A stretch of DNA of 64,000 nt from Octopus vulgaris. Its lineage: Eukaryota. Each line of letters begins with the position of its first letter. Position 1 is the first letter of the stretch. The notes below the pieces were generated by a model. The model saw nothing but the letters and a program-made list of their open reading frames with translations. It was not told the origin of the DNA and made no database searches. Made by a program: the position numbers and the translations under genes. Positions 23,294 through 38,697 of the stretch are shown one piece after another. Where the stretch lies: the NCBI GenBank assembly GCA_951406725.2, contig OX597826.1, positions 22,258,001-22,322,000 of the forward strand, in the 5' to 3' direction.

Positions 23294-24654
23294 CAAAGAC
23301 TTCCATACTCTTCCTAAACTCTTTAATATTCACATTCTGTTGACTGCAACACTCATTTATTCACAATGTTATGAATTCATTAATCATTACCTCATAGTTT
23401 CGAAAGTTTGATGATGTGATTGTTTCTTTTAAGAATAACAATGTAGGGTAAATGTGACAGGCTGGATCTGGTTAGTTTGAATATAAAATGGGTAGAATAT
23501 TTGGGCTGTTTAAATGCTAATGGCGTAATACATTCCCACATATTCAAATGTGAATATGCTCACCACAGGAGAACAATTTCTCTTTCCAGACTTGATTCAT
23601 TAGCATAAAGGGTCTCTGGAATACCTAGTGCTTTGATATCATTGAGTCTCATCAGCCACAGACACTCCAGACTGATGAATTTAACATGAGTTAATGGTTC
23701 TTATTTATAATTTCAACACAATTTGCTGATGTATGCTGATATCTGCCAATCAATAATAAGCCATCATATGCATGTATATATCTCAAAGTAACAGGTGAAC
23801 TAGTGCCCAGTACACCCTGTAAAGTGTTTGGCATTAGAAAGTGGGGTGTCCAGCCATAAAAATTAATCCAAAGTAGATCCATTTGGTTTCTGTTGAACCA
23901 TCAAATCCATACTAGCACAGAACATTACTGTTAAATTATTATGAAAATGATGAACATATCAATGTCCACATACATAAGTGCTTATATAACCAAAGACTAT
24001 ACTTTTGGTTCTCTTTATGCCCTATTTCTGCCAATAAGTCCCTCTCTATCAGTCTGTTTTGTTTTAGCTATTCCAGATTTTTATGTTTTTGTATGACATC
24101 CGATTGAGAGTAGTGACCTCTGACAGTGTTATTCTCTGAGAGTGGTGACCTCTGATAGCTATGAACCTTTGATACCTGATCATTAGCTAGGGTGATCTGT
24201 GATTGTTGTAACTTTTGAAAATGGTGAGGTCATTATGGAAAAATCCTTGCAACACATGTACATGACTGAATGAGGAATTGAACCAGGTTTGGTTTCATTA
24301 GATCAGTCCAGTGTAATGGAAGACCACATTCCATTGTGATGATGTGACCAAACAGAGGCCAACCTGACTTCACAGTGCTATGGCTGTGTTTTGGAGATTT
24401 TGTTTGGTCAATAAATCTTCATGAGGCAACAGTTTCTGTGAAAGAAATTCAAACTTTTCATTTCGTCCTTCATTCTTTTCTCCTTAAATATTTTGCACAG
24501 AGAGCCAAATCACAGGCCACAGAAATTTATTTCACAATAGAATGGAATCATGATGGATCTTTGGAAGTGGTGCTTCATGAACATCATGAAGAGAGTGGAT
24601 GATGTTGACATTGGTGATGAAAGCAATACTGATGAGGAAAGTGATAGTCAAATC

Positions 24655-24692
24655 AATGATGATGATGATGATGATGAAGACAGCAATAATGG

Positions 24693-24732
<40 letters not shown>

Positions 24733-24818
24733 GAGGATGATAATGATGATGACAGCAATACTAAGGAAAATGATGATAATGATGATGATGACGAAAAATA
24801 TTTAGGATGATGATGATG
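24655..24818. repeat. Imperfect (GAT)n microsatellite
   Basis: Read directly; it produces the spurious poly-Asp and poly-Met ORFs. Confidence 0.9.
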
Positions 24819-27800
24819 AGCTTGAACACTCCCAATCCCCAGATCCCAAATGAAGTCCCTTTTCTCTGGGAACTAAAATGTAACATAAAAAAAAAAGAAA
24901 AAAAAAAGGGAGAAATTAAGTAGAGAAACCTTACCAATTTCCAACGTGATGTTTAACTGCAGTTACCAATTTGGAAATTCCAGTGTCATCAAGAAAGAAA
25001 TTAGAAATAACCAAATGAAGAGCTTACTTTCAGAACCAGATCTATGCATCGGAATGACTTTTGAGTAATTGTTTAAAACAACAACTTGAATATATCTGAT
25101 TTTGATTGGAAGACTAAGATTCACCTACTGTCATATATATGGCATCTATTCCCAGCTTGACTGAAAAACATTTCACATGCATGGAACCAGCAGCAGATTG
25201 TGTTTTAAGGGTCATCATGAAATCGACCAAATATGCACTTACACTGGTTTCAAAAGTAAGCTCCTCAAATGTGCAGTATGGTAATTAATGTTTCATCCTA
25301 TAACAGTCATATTCTGATTACTTTAGACATAGCTTCAACATTTACTAAAAGACCTCCAATGGTTATACATAAGAATAGGAGAATAACAGACTCCATATTA
25401 CAGATCTAGCTAACTTCCAGTAAAATTACTAAATGTTATTTCAAACTTTTTTCTCACATCAACCAATATCGCATCAAACACTGTTCTTTGTCAAATTACT
25501 TCATAACAAATTTTTTTTTTTCAATCTCCTCATTTTATGTTGTTTTGCCCACTATGATGATTCGTTTTTGTCATCAGCATTTAAATGCTGAAGATCTGCA
25601 GTCTTTGTATTATTGCTGCTAATGTGCATGGAAAAGCATTTCCTATGATATCTCATTCCCTTTATTCTTTGACACATTAGAAATTGTTCAAAAGAATTCC
25701 AGTTGTGAACCCTTTAAATGGATGTTCTCTGATGATGAAAATAAAGAAATTAAGGAACATAAGAACTATATGTCCAAACTTCTCGTTTTGATACTCAATT
25801 ATGCACTTAAAATATCTGAAATTGGGAGTAATATTTTGTAAAAATATTAAAAGAGGTAGAATCTGAAGCACCTTTTAATGCAGACATCATGGACAGCCTG
25901 AAAAAAGTTACTCTACAATAAACTTTCAACTCTACTTAAGATGAGGGCAATCAAAATCTTTGATAAACTTTTATATTGGAAGAACTTGCTTGATCGGCGA
26001 TAATATTCATAGAAGAATGAGTTCTTATTTAAAATGGTAAAATTGGACTCCTGCTGGATTTATGATTACAAATATTTTATTCAAGATTTTGGACTATACT
26101 ATTTCCCAGAGATTAGCTCATAGTTGAATCACATCTAAGTTATTGAAACTATCATAAATTTAACCCTTTAACCAATTTGATACCAACATGCTTTCTATGA
26201 TGAAAGAATTATTCATTTGAGTGTGTTCCTATTTAAATGAAAATTTTCTGTGGTAATCTAAGGTAAGAACTCTTTCATAAATTATGATCTAAATACCAAT
26301 TTAATATAGAAATGAATGTCAAACGTTTATCATTTTTCTAAATCCCTGAAAATTTTTCTTGATTTTCAAGCAATGGAATTGCACAAACAGTGTATTTCAT
26401 TACAAATGCCATTGTGAAAGCTGCAGAGGGAAATTTGAATGTTGACAGAGCAGGGTGGAAAATCACAATGATAAAAGTGGTAAATACATCTGAAAGAATA
26501 TGTTATGCTAACTACAAAGAAAGCTAGTTTTCTTTTTTTAAATTATGTCCAATATAGACTAGGATGAAAGAAATTCAATGAAATCAGCTTAGTTTTATAT
26601 ATTAAAGCATAAGTAAGCTGGATCTGTGAAATAGTTTTGCAAGTCAATGTTACATGTTACAGAAACCCCAAACTTGAATGGTTGTTTTGAAACCCAAACA
26701 GACATTGTTTAGGTAAAGGAACAGAAAACCTCCAAGACAAAACATCATCATCGTCATCAACAGAATCTAAGTCAACATCAGCTGCAAAGAATTCCCAGTG
26801 TAAAGCCAAACTATCATCAATCGTCATCTCAAAACTATTATTGCAATCCATTGAAATCAATCATTAAAATCACCAAAAAAAAAAAAAAGGCAAAATGAAG
26901 CCAAAATATATTTGAAAGCTAAGAAGTTCCATACAAAATAACAAAGTTTTAGCACTGATTATATGATTTAAACAGATTGAATTCTTTTGGAGATATGGAA
27001 GGTAGTGGCACATTAACAATGGCACACCCTTTGTCTTGCAGAAGAAGAAATAAAGGGATTCTCCCCTCTCCTTTAATATCCTCCTTTTTCTAACATCAAG
27101 TCAAAAATGGTAACAATAAAAGAATTTAATAGAACTGTTAAGGTTTAAAAATTAATTTAGTAAAATTTAACCTTTTATTTCCACTTTTTTCTCCATAAAC
27201 CATGTGCCTCTATAAAGGTTTTATAAAGCTGTTGTTGTGTGTTTATGTTTTGTGTCCATTTTCCATGGTTCCATGGATTGGATGATTATTGTTTTGGGAG
27301 TAAATCCAAGAGGATTCCTCAATAAGTTCAATTGCCATAAGGAATGGTAAAAGTCAATACTTTGGATTATAACTTGAAATTCTGGCTATTTTTATTCATC
27401 ACAGCAGTTAAACTTATTGACATTAAACAAACTCTTCAGGATTTGCTATTTTCAATGTTGCCAATGAAATTTTCTCAGATTCTGACCGTTGGTCAATCGT
27501 TTTTGCTGCTGGACAACATAGAGTAAAGAGTGGAATCAGGAACAATGGAGCAAGCAGAACTTCCTCATAATATGGATTCACAGTTTTGATTATGGCATAT
27601 GGCTTTTTTGTGAGAGGAAGGGAATGTAGTCAATAATATAGACGCCTGTACTTGATTGGATCTTCATTTTGTCTACCCTGGAAAAATAAAAGGGAATATG
27701 GACCCTAGTATGATAAAGGGAGATACAAAATACCACATGGCATTTTATGTTCTCTCTTCTACTAATTCCTTCTGCTAACCTATCCCCCTCCCACTTCCCT

Positions 27801-28594
27801 CATAATCTTACTGTAGTAATGAAAGAGATGGAAAATTGGAACCTGCTTCAATTTTACTGAATTAATAAACTAAATAATAATGATTACAATAATAAAACTG
27901 ATCCAGTTATTAACATTTACAAACTGATCTCTTGTAAATATGTGAGAAAACCAAACCATACCTAGAACCTCCATAATTCCAAATTGTAAACGCAAACCAT
28001 GGTTTGATGAAGATTGCAGGGATGCTATAAAAGAGCGAAAAAAAAAAAGGCGGAAAGAAAAATTCAAAAAGGCATCCCAATGAATGTTAATCTGAAAAAA
28101 CGTAACAATGAGATGGAAATCGAGATGAGCTTATAAACAAGAAATCTATAAAGGAAATATGTTTCTAAAGTAAAAAACCAAAAGACAAAGTAAGACATTA
28201 TAGAACATGGCAGGTAGAAAACATTAATGAAATTTCTTTTCCACAGGTTTCAAAGGGAGAAATGATTTGCTGGTAGATTCTTCTAAAGTGAAGAGAAATT
28301 GACAAGTATTTGGTGGGTTTACAGTTCTGAGTTTGATTTCTACCAAAAAATATCTGAAATAGTAATCAACCAATAAAGAAATGAGTTATGTCTGGTTATG
28401 AATATCCTCATTAAAGGCAACACCAAAGTAAAAAAAAATAAACAAAGGTGAAGATAGGTGAGTAAAAAACCTGAATGAATTATTTCTTAAACTCTTTCTG
28501 ATTGAAATGTTTTTTCTGAATGAACAAATATTAAAGTAAAATCAAATTTGTAGAATAAGAAGGAAACGGTAGACATGAAGAAGGTTGAAATGAC

Positions 28595-28728
28595 CTGTTA
28601 ATCTCAGTCCTCCATTTGTTTGATCCGACATCAAATGATCTGATTCCTCAGCATGTTCAACTGTACCCATTGCAAATGCTTGTTCTGCAAGAAGTTTTGG
28701 AGGTTGTGTCTTTGGACTTCGAAAATAT
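28595..28728 (-). CDS. RPTP exon, juxtamembrane 1 (134 nt, phase 2-1)
   Basis: Long pyrimidine tract plus ccgccag acceptor; YFRSPKTQPPKLLAEQAFAMGTVEHAEESDHLMSDQTNGGLRLT. The donor CAG|gtcatt is weak but phase-compatible with both neighbours. Confidence 0.72.
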
Positions 28729-28800
28729 CTGGCGGAAAAAAAAAAGAAAACAATAAAAAGGTAAATATATCATTCCCTTGCATCATTCAAAAATTTAACT

Positions 28801-30890
28801 CACAAGGTGGTATCAAAAAGTTCCTGGACTAGTTATGTTTAATAAAAAATAACTCATTTGCCTAAGTTTTAACCTCATCTCCTTTGAAATTGTTGCAATA
28901 ACCATTTTAGCCATTTTGAAATGTGGCGCGAATTGGCAATATGACATAATGTCTTTGCCGAAGAATTATCATTTTCGTTTTTTTCCATTGGTTAATATAA
29001 CTGCTCATATAAAGATTCTAAAAGTTTCGTAAAGAATATTTGTCATGGATTTCGATTCTTTTTAGTCAAGTTGAGCAGTTATAAAAACCCTGGATTTTGG
29101 GAAAAATTTCAGTGTTTGTTGGATGTCACTGAACTCCACGACACTCACTCTTTTGAGACATCGGTAATTTTCATGCCATGTCTAAGTTAATCACAAGTCT
29201 ATTTTGATTTGTTGGTTAATGTATTAGCTAGAATTGAGAAATTAGTTAATGAAATTATAGTCGTTCTTCTTTTACAACAAAGTTATCTTTCTTACTGTAA
29301 ATAATATAAAATGTTATATTTATATAATAAAACTAATTAAAAGAAAATGTTTCTTTTCACATTTGTTTTTCAACTGAGCATAAATAAGTATGCATTTCTG
29401 TAATCCTTGATTATGTTTTCTTATAGCGGTTTAAAGGACACGAAGAAAATAATATACATACATGTCGTTAATATAGCGTTTCATGTGTATATGTCTCTAT
29501 GATGTTATAACTGTAGTTAGGGTTTTAGGTATAATGATAACACTTTAGTATAAGTGACGTTGAATCATTATATTCTCCCTTACTCAGAGAAAAGCCAAAT
29601 AAAATAATATAACCTAAGAGAAAGCTTAAGGTAGAATAATCGAAAACTGCCGTAAAATAAACATCTTACGCAGCAAAACGCCGGTCCTAGCATTCCTGCT
29701 ACTTTTGGAATCTGGCCTGGAAGCCATTTTCTGCAAGTGACCTTCTGCAATTCATTCTGGATCTCAACAATGGTGTTACAATGGCAACCTTTGAGCTGCC
29801 TTTTCACTTGGGGGAAGAGATGGACGTCCACAGGCACCAAATTTGGCGAATAATGTGGGTGTGGAAGTGATACCATGATGTTTTTGATGGGAAACTCATG
29901 AATGATGAGAGTTCAGTGACAAGGTGCTCTATCATCATGAAGAATTGGCTTGGCACTCCACAGATTTGGTCACTTTTGTTGAATGTCTTCTCTCAAATGC
30001 TTCAAAACGTTGAAGTAGAACTCTCGATTGATGGTCTGGCCCCGGATGGGGGGGGGGGAATGAATTCTCAATGCACAATACCGCAGATGATGAAAATAAA
30101 AAAAAATGATATGCATGCTCTTGATTGAGCTGCAGCTCTGTTGAGCCTTCTTCAGTTGTGGAGATGAAGGGGTCTTCCATTGTGACGACTGCTGCTAAAT
30201 GTTTCAAGGTCGTACCCATAGACCCAACTCTCAACATTGGTGATGATCCTCAACATGAAGAATGGGTTACCAGCAGCACGCTGACAGAGATCTTGACTGA
30301 CTTTTGACATGATGTTCTTTCTGCATGGTGGTCAGCAGGTGAGAGACAAACTTGGCAGAGATAGGCTGCATGTTCAGTTCGGATGTTAGGATTCCCTGAA
30401 TGGACCCATACAAGAGACCAACAACATCAGCAATGTTGTTGATTGGTCTCCAATAATCCTCATGCACAAGCTAATAATTTTTTTCCATATTTCCAGGGGT
30501 GACACTCGTGGCATATCTTCCAGATTGCTCATCGTCTTCCAGGGACATTCTGCTCTTGAAGTGCCTGTGCCACTCAAACCATTACATACGACCCATTGCC
30601 TCATCGCCATAAGCTTCCTGAAGCATGCTCAATGTCTTTGTAGCAGACTTCCCAAGTTTAACACAAAATTTCACATTGGCTTTTTTGTTCCAAATTCCTG
30701 TCCATGACAAAATTGCAGACTACAACGTACACATGATCACAAAAACACAATTTTCACAACTTGCGAAGTAAACACTTGGCACACTGCCTCACAAAGGTCA
30801 CTGCTAGCTCTCACTGTGCATGCAACTGTGTACTACCATCTGTTGGTGCACTACAGAACTAGTCTGGGAAATTTTTGATATGACCTTGTA
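28801..30890 (-). mobile_element. Mariner transposon relic (decayed transposase) with ~770-bp nested insertion
   Basis: TIRs caaggtggtatcaaaaagttcctggactagtt / aactagtctgggaaatttttgatatgaccttg|TA. Minus-strand fragments EQKANVKFCVKLGKSATKTL..AYG, ISAKFVSHLLT, WVYGYD and PHPHYSPNLVPVDVHLFPQVKRQLKG. Confidence 0.88.
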
Positions 30891-32399
30891 AAGTCCCTTC
30901 TGTGTGTGTGTGTGTGAGAGAGAAAGAAAGAGACAGAGTTTAACTTCTGGTTTTCACGCTTTTCCTTAAATGAACTGATTCAGAACAGGAATAAAGACGC
31001 CATGTGTTAAAAGTTGACTGTTGTGTTCTGTTTTTTCATTATAACGATGGCTTACTTATATCACCATCTTAAAACACACACCCACACAAACATAATGGAC
31101 ATTACCCCTGTTTTGAGATTTGTCAGGGTGCTCAATAACAAAAGTAACAGAAAATATGATTAAGCAACCACAAAGAATTGATGCAAAACAAATCAATATT
31201 CCTTACTGTTACAAATCATATCATCTGTGAATTTCTCCTTGCTGAAATTTGGTCAATAATACCAAACCTACCCTTAAATGGATCAAAGACACAAAAAGGA
31301 ATACACAACATATAAAATTACACTGTGACACATCAAAGCACTTGCTGCTGAGGTTAGGGGTCTATCATTTCTACTATGATGTCTTACAATAAGCTCATTC
31401 ACCATCTCAATATTTCTAAGTCCTTATGTGCTATTGTTAGACAGATGTAGCATTAAGCTGCCTCTGTGTACTATTATTGAACTGTTATGGACATTATGCA
31501 ACCCTCCTTTTGATAGGTCTTGTGTTTTGCATATGTTGTTCCATGTTTATTTCCACTGTATGGAACCTTTGGCAAGTATATTTTATCAAAGCCTTGTGAA
31601 TGAAATTTGGCAGATGGAATCTGTGTGGAAAATAGTTAATGGGGGAAGGAGAACCTTTCTTGTTCTGTGTGGTAAGCTTAAAAACGCCCCAGAAGATCAG
31701 AAAACAAACTTTAAGTGATGTTAACTGTTCATATAGCATAAATTTTGTAAGAAATAAATTGGTGTGTTTTATATCAATTTACACAGGATGAAATTTGAAA
31801 TGTTACTATTTAAAAGTGTCAATTGAAGAAAAAAAACCCCAGTAATCAGTACTAATACAGACCTGGGTGAGGCAATTCCCTTTACCATTTTGCTAATCTT
31901 CTTGAAAACGTCCCTTGTAAAGTATTTATGTTGAAATTAAAATCTTGACTCGTAACTTGTTATGATATAAGTATGTTGAAGTAAAAGTTCTGTTATAGAA
32001 ACTTTTATATGTAAGAAACTTTTGTTTGGTCATAATCTAAATACCAGTTTAATCTACTAAAATAAATTATAAAACTTATAGTTATTTTACTAAGCATTCA
32101 AATTCTAAATATGAAAATCAGTAAAAAAACTATCTTTGTTAGAAATCTGAGTAAAAATGAGTTAGGGAGAGAAACATTTTCAATTATTTCCAGTGAATTA
32201 ATTTTAGTCTAAATAGAATGGAAAATAATGAAGTGCTCATCTCTCTTTTGGAGGCAAAAGGATCTTTTTGAAATCAGAGAGCAACAAAGTAACATTATAA
32301 TAAAACCATACTCATAGCAACAATACAAGACTATAAGCAATAAAATGTAACTATGGCAATAAAATGTAAGTTTAACAACAAAACAAAGTTTTTCTTTAT

Positions 32400-33650
<1,251 letters not shown>

Positions 33651-33932
33651 TATAGCAAACAAAACAATTATAGCACCAAACTGTAACTATAAGAGTATAG
33701 CAACAAAACTGAGTAAAGCCACATGTGAATATAGCAACAACAGAAAACTATATTAGCAAATATAAATCCTGAATTTAAGGTTAAAACGGACAGCAAGTAG
33801 GTGCATCTATACTTCTATGATATACTGAGAACTGTTTACTTCGAGAGAAATAAATAACATTAAAATGTGTTAAGTAGATTTAAGCAGTCATTCGTTCAGC
33901 AATTATTGTTTCTAGATATTCCAAGATTTTAC

Positions 33933-34035
33933 CGGAAGCACAAAACACATAATATGAGGATGATGATATTTGCAACAAGGGCTGCTGTTAAGATGTGAAA
34001 CATGTCAAGCTGGGATTGTTCTCCACTCTGAATAA
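33933..34035 (-). CDS. RPTP exon, transmembrane helix (103 nt, phase 1-2)
   Basis: ttttcag acceptor, gtaaaa donor; VIQSGEQSQLDMFHILTAALVANIIILILCVLCF-R, a hydrophobic run of ~22 aa followed by Arg. Confidence 0.88.
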
Positions 34036-34379
34036 CTGAAAATAGAGAAAATTGAAAAAAATCTTAAGAAAGATGATAATAATGTACAACATGGAAAATT
34101 AAAACTTTTTTTTAACCAAATAAGTACACTAATTAACATTTAAGCATATCACTCTGGCCACAAAGAAATAAAAATCATGAAAATAAAGTAATATTTAAAA
34201 ACTAAATTTAGAAACAAAGTGAATTGTTATACTTTTATAAAAATGGCATGGCAATAAAAATCCCTTATTGATAATTTTTGTCAATAAGGGATTTCAGTAA
34301 TTCTCTAATTGAAAATCCTCAGATGGAAAAGATAAAAAACAAATGTAACCCTACAATACAACAAACAAAAAAACATGCC

Positions 34380-35820
34380 ATAGTTCTGGAGCTGTTTCCT
34401 CTTAAAATGGAGAAGTAGAGGCTTGACCTGGAGAGACTCCTTGATCTCCAAGCTATGCACTCTGTCTAGTAATGTTACTCCAGATGTTCTGTGGAAGAAT
34501 CCCATTTCAGTTGCTTGTGTTCATGATCAAATGACTCTTTTAGACATTACCCAATGTTCATAACTACAGATGAGGATAGACAAAGAAACCAGACTGAACA
34601 GAGTGAGTCTGGCTCTTTTACCTGTCTCTTTCCTTTTGAGGACCAAATTCTGGAGCTGGTGAATTACTGTTCCAGCCCCTGCAATTCCAGCATCCAATTC
34701 AGCCCCCTGCTTCCTATCAATCATGACTACAGCCAGAGATATATAACTTTTTCATTTGTTTCAGTGATGTTCCACTAACATGAAGAATGCACTGGGAAGA
34801 CTTGATTGGGAGGACCAATGTCTTTGCAACACTAATTCTCATCCCTGCCTTGCAGTACTTGGCTGCAAACCCATTCAATGCATGCTGGATGGAGATGATG
34901 TTTTGATGAGCCAAGCAGCACCATGTCATCTGCAAATATCAGTTGACCAATCTTACACCCACCAATTGTGATACCACTTCTTCAATGGCTACAATCCAGT
35001 TCATACAAATTATGAAAAGGAGAGATGACAGTACATACCCTTGTCAACGTCCAACACCCATGTTGAAAGGTTTTGTTTTAGTTCAATTAACCTGAGCATA
35101 GACATTTTAGCATTTGTATAGGGACTTTATAGCAACCAGGAATTGCTCATTAATTTCAAACACTAGAAAAACCTTCCACTGCATGACCCACAGTACACAA
35201 TCATATGCCTTTTTGAGGTCTACGAAGCAAGCATATATCTCTTGGCAATATTCCCATGATTTCCTGAAGACCTTGAGTGAATATCTGGTAGGCCCTGCTG
35301 TGTCCAGGATAGAAGCCACACTGTTTTTCAGCTAGCTTTGGCTTAACAATTTCTCTACATATCTTTTTCCAGATACTTGGCGTAGACTTCACCAGGGAGG
35401 GAGACTCAACCAGGGAATTAATCTATAATTAGACTAGTCTCTTGACTTTTTAAAAATTGGAATAATCACCTTGCTTTCTTGTGATTCAAACCACCTGGCA
35501 TACATGAACCAGCCAGAGAATACCTTCTCTATTTAAGGTTTTTGACAGCTGAGGCAGAAATTCATCCTTCCCAGTGGCCTTGCCACATTTGAAGTGCTTT
35601 AATCATCTCTTTGACTTCAGTGTCTGTGAGATTAGTTTTCGGCTCTCAATATATCTGATGTCCATCACAAGATTTTATCATAACTGGATTTAGATCAAGA
35701 AAGCAGCCTCTCCTCCTACCATGTATGCTCTTCTCTCTGCATCTCAATTCAGTTCATAAAATTATGAAAAGGAGAGGTGACAATATGCACTCCTGTTGAA
35801 GTCCAACACCTACAGGAAAG
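34380..35820 (-). mobile_element. Decayed RTE-clade LINE RT fragment
   Basis: EKQCGFYPG, KSWEY..IYACFVDLKKAYD, GVGR.QG.VLSSLLFI, FADDMVLL and GMRISVAKT, spread across frameshifts. Confidence 0.8.
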
Positions 35821-35929
35821 AATCATGATACAGGTTCTTCAAGGTAAGCCAACTGGTGGGAGACCACGTGTGAGATGGTTGGATAACAGCCTAAGTTGCT
35901 TACACTTGGGAATCTAGGTTTTACAGGAT

Positions 35930-37020
35930 GGCATCATGCATAATGGTTGACATAGCAGCATCTTAGTCAGTTGTTACAAAGGTAAAGGAAATGCCTTAGA
36001 CAGAAGTAACTACAGAAATATCAATTTACTGGACCTAGTTTTGAGGGTCACTGAAAGGGAGTCATAGCCCAATTAATTAGGAACATAGTTAATGTAGATG
36101 AGCTGCAGTTTGGTTTTGTATGGAGAAAAGAACTACTGACATTCTCTTTATAGTTCTACAGCTGCAGAAATATTTAGTAAAAAGTAAGCCATTGTATTTA
36201 GCATTCATCAACCTGGAGAAAGTCTTATGACAGGGTACCTTGCTCCCTCATCTGGTGGGCACTGCAGAAACTAATAGTAGATGATTGGCTTGTGAGAGCT
36301 GTTCAAGCCATGTCTAGAGATATTGTCAGTAAAGAGAGTTAATAATGAGTACACCAATGCATTTAGTGTGCAGGTAGGAATTTGTCAGGGTTCGGTTACC
36401 AATACCTTCCTATTTATCATACTCCTCCAAGCAATAATGGAAGAATTTAAGACTGGTTGCCTCTATGTTGATGACCTTATTCTTATAGCTGAAATGGTAG
36501 TAGACTTAGAAATGAAACTCCAGGTGTGGAAGCAAAACCTGGAATGAAGGGGTCTTAAAGTTTATCTAGGAGGCTTAATTAGCTGTGGAGAACAATTCTC
36601 TGAAAGTGTAGTTACTAGAATGAGTACCAGCTGGAGAAGGTTCAGAGAATTTTACTCTATTGGAATCTCTCTATCTATGAACATCAGTGCTGTGTGGTTG
36701 GGAAACTTGGGTTGCAAATACAGAGGACATGTGAAGACTAGAAAGAAATGAAACCAGTTGGCTCTGCTAGATGTTCAGTGTCAGTGTGCATATACAACTA
36801 AATACAAATGTGCTGAGAGAAAAATTGGGCATAAGAGGCATCAGATATGGTGTGAAGGAAAGAAGATTGCACTGGTGTTGTCAGGTGAGTATAAAGTTGT
36901 CTAAAGAAGTACCAATCACTAAACGTGGAACCTAGGAAGTGGTGAAAATTGAGTACAAAATGTCGAGAGTCTGAGGGGAAATGACAAGGAACTGAGATGA
37001 ATGGTGATATGCTGTGCTTC
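35930..37020 (+). mobile_element. Decayed RTE-clade LINE RT fragment
   Basis: YKGKGNALDRSNYRNINLL, DELQFGF, LYLAFINLEK, VQVGICQGSV, LYVDDLILIAE and RRLHW; appears related to 1500-2878. Confidence 0.8.
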
Positions 37021-37879
37021 TCCACAGAACCAAGGTTCTGTCAAGCCTCATCTTCTAACACCCATTCTTCCATCAATCTTGTGTTACCCTATTTCCTTTC
37101 TTCACTTCTCCTTCACTGAACTGATATTCTCCTCTTCATCCAACTTATTCCATATCTTTTACCATTTGCCACACCATTTTCACCCAGTGCACTTCTCTAC
37201 TCATTTACCTTTCCTACTCCTCTACCCTATTCTCTCTATCACATTCACTTTGAACCTTAATCTTTTCCTAAAATCTTTCCAAAACATCAATTTGCAACAA
37301 ATTTTAGCAGAATTCAAAAACATATTTCTTCACATTTGAAAAAAATGTTTTTTTCTCTTGTGCAAAAAAAAAAAAAAAAAAAAAAAAAAGACACCAAAAA
37401 CCTCCTCACAAATAAAGTGCTAATGAAAACAACCAACAAAGAACAGAAGAATACTTTTTGTTGGATTCCAAAGTAGATTTTTTAACAATAGTCCGAAAAA
37501 AACTATTTAAATAAACTGAGTGTTTTTATAGATTTAAAACCAAGTAAAATGTTCCCTTAAATAATGTATTGTTAGGGGTTTCTCCTTCACATCTGTAATC
37601 CACTCAGTAGGTAATTCCCTGTTTATAAGCTTGGTTTATATCTGAACTACCTAGATATTCATTAAAATTTTAGAATTCTTCATGCTAAACTTTCACTGGG
37701 TAAATTTAAAGGGGGAAAATCAGTTAATAGTAGCTTTGCCTTTAACCTACAGCATGTGTTACAGAACATGGAAAGACAGGCTCTCAATGTCCCTTCTCCA
37801 AAGATCTGGAAAAATATTGGCCAGCTGTTTGATTAACATCAAAAACTGCAGTTATGACAACATAAGTTATATATATATA

Positions 37880-38270
37880 CTAGCAGTATCATCTGGCATT
37901 GCTTGTGTTTGTTTCGACCCTTTAGAATTGGAATTTTTGAAAAGTAAAAATTTTGCATTATGTAGCTTGTTATTCTCTTTAAGTGAACATTTTTCTGGTT
38001 GAAATACACGGGAAAATGGCGACACAGCAGTAAAAAAAATCGTAAAAAATAGGGATTTTCATAGAAAAAAAGCACCTTTTTGATGTAAATAATTTTTGGT
38101 CTTAACATGGTCCGATTTGAATTTTTTCTTGTATGGAATGAAGAGCAAGCCTTCTTCTATCATACTCTCAATTTTGGTCAACTTGCACCGCAGGGTCTCG
38201 GAGGAGATAGGGTTAGTTGAAGGCTACCAAACCTGCCACACACAGACAACTTCAGCTTTATATATATAGA
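37880..38270 (-). mobile_element. Non-autonomous Helitron with intact termini
   Basis: Minus strand reads A|TCtatatatataaagctgaagttgtctgtgtgtg...gatactgCTAG|T: canonical 5'-TC, 3'-CTAG, AT insertion site, no TSD. Confidence 0.85.
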
Positions 38271-38559
38271 TTAAGAGCACTTTCCGTTCGATTTTGGAGG
38301 CGATTCGGTCTGCAAAATAATTCTCTCATTTTGAGCTATATTTTGACACTATTTTCAACTGAGAACTCCTTAAAAAGGCACACTCAAAACTGATAGAATT
38401 TGCATTTTTCAAGCTAGAGAATTCAAACTTGCTCCAATCGATTCAGGAAATTTTTCTACGTATATGCTCATATAAGAAAGCTTTTAGGACTGAAGAGAGA
38501 CAAGGAAAAATTGAATATGTAACAATCAAATTTCTTGTAAATTCTTAAAATTTTCTTAC

Positions 38560-38697
38560 CTTTCGAACAGTGTGTTCCTGTATAACCTAGGATACATCCT
38601 TCTAAACAAGATCCATTGAAATGTTGGCATGTTTGGTTATAACAGGTGTGGTTACATTTCTTGGAACAATCTTGCCCAAAGTAGGTACGAGGACATG
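38560..38697 (-). CDS. RPTP exon, EGF-laminin repeat 7 (138 nt, phase 1-1)
   Basis: ttacag acceptor, gtaaga donor; ACPRTYFGQDCSKKCNHTCYNQTCQHFNGSCLEGCILGYTGTHCSK (also in ORF 38468..38719). Confidence 0.94.

Noticed and set aside
24550-24810. Asp-rich and Met-rich ORFs
   Set aside because: Translations of a (GAT)n microsatellite in an intron.
25028-25095. Possible extra minus-strand exon (ag...gtaag)
   Set aside because: The phase-1 frame needed to join the flanking exons hits a TAA stop, and the acceptor has a poor pyrimidine tract.
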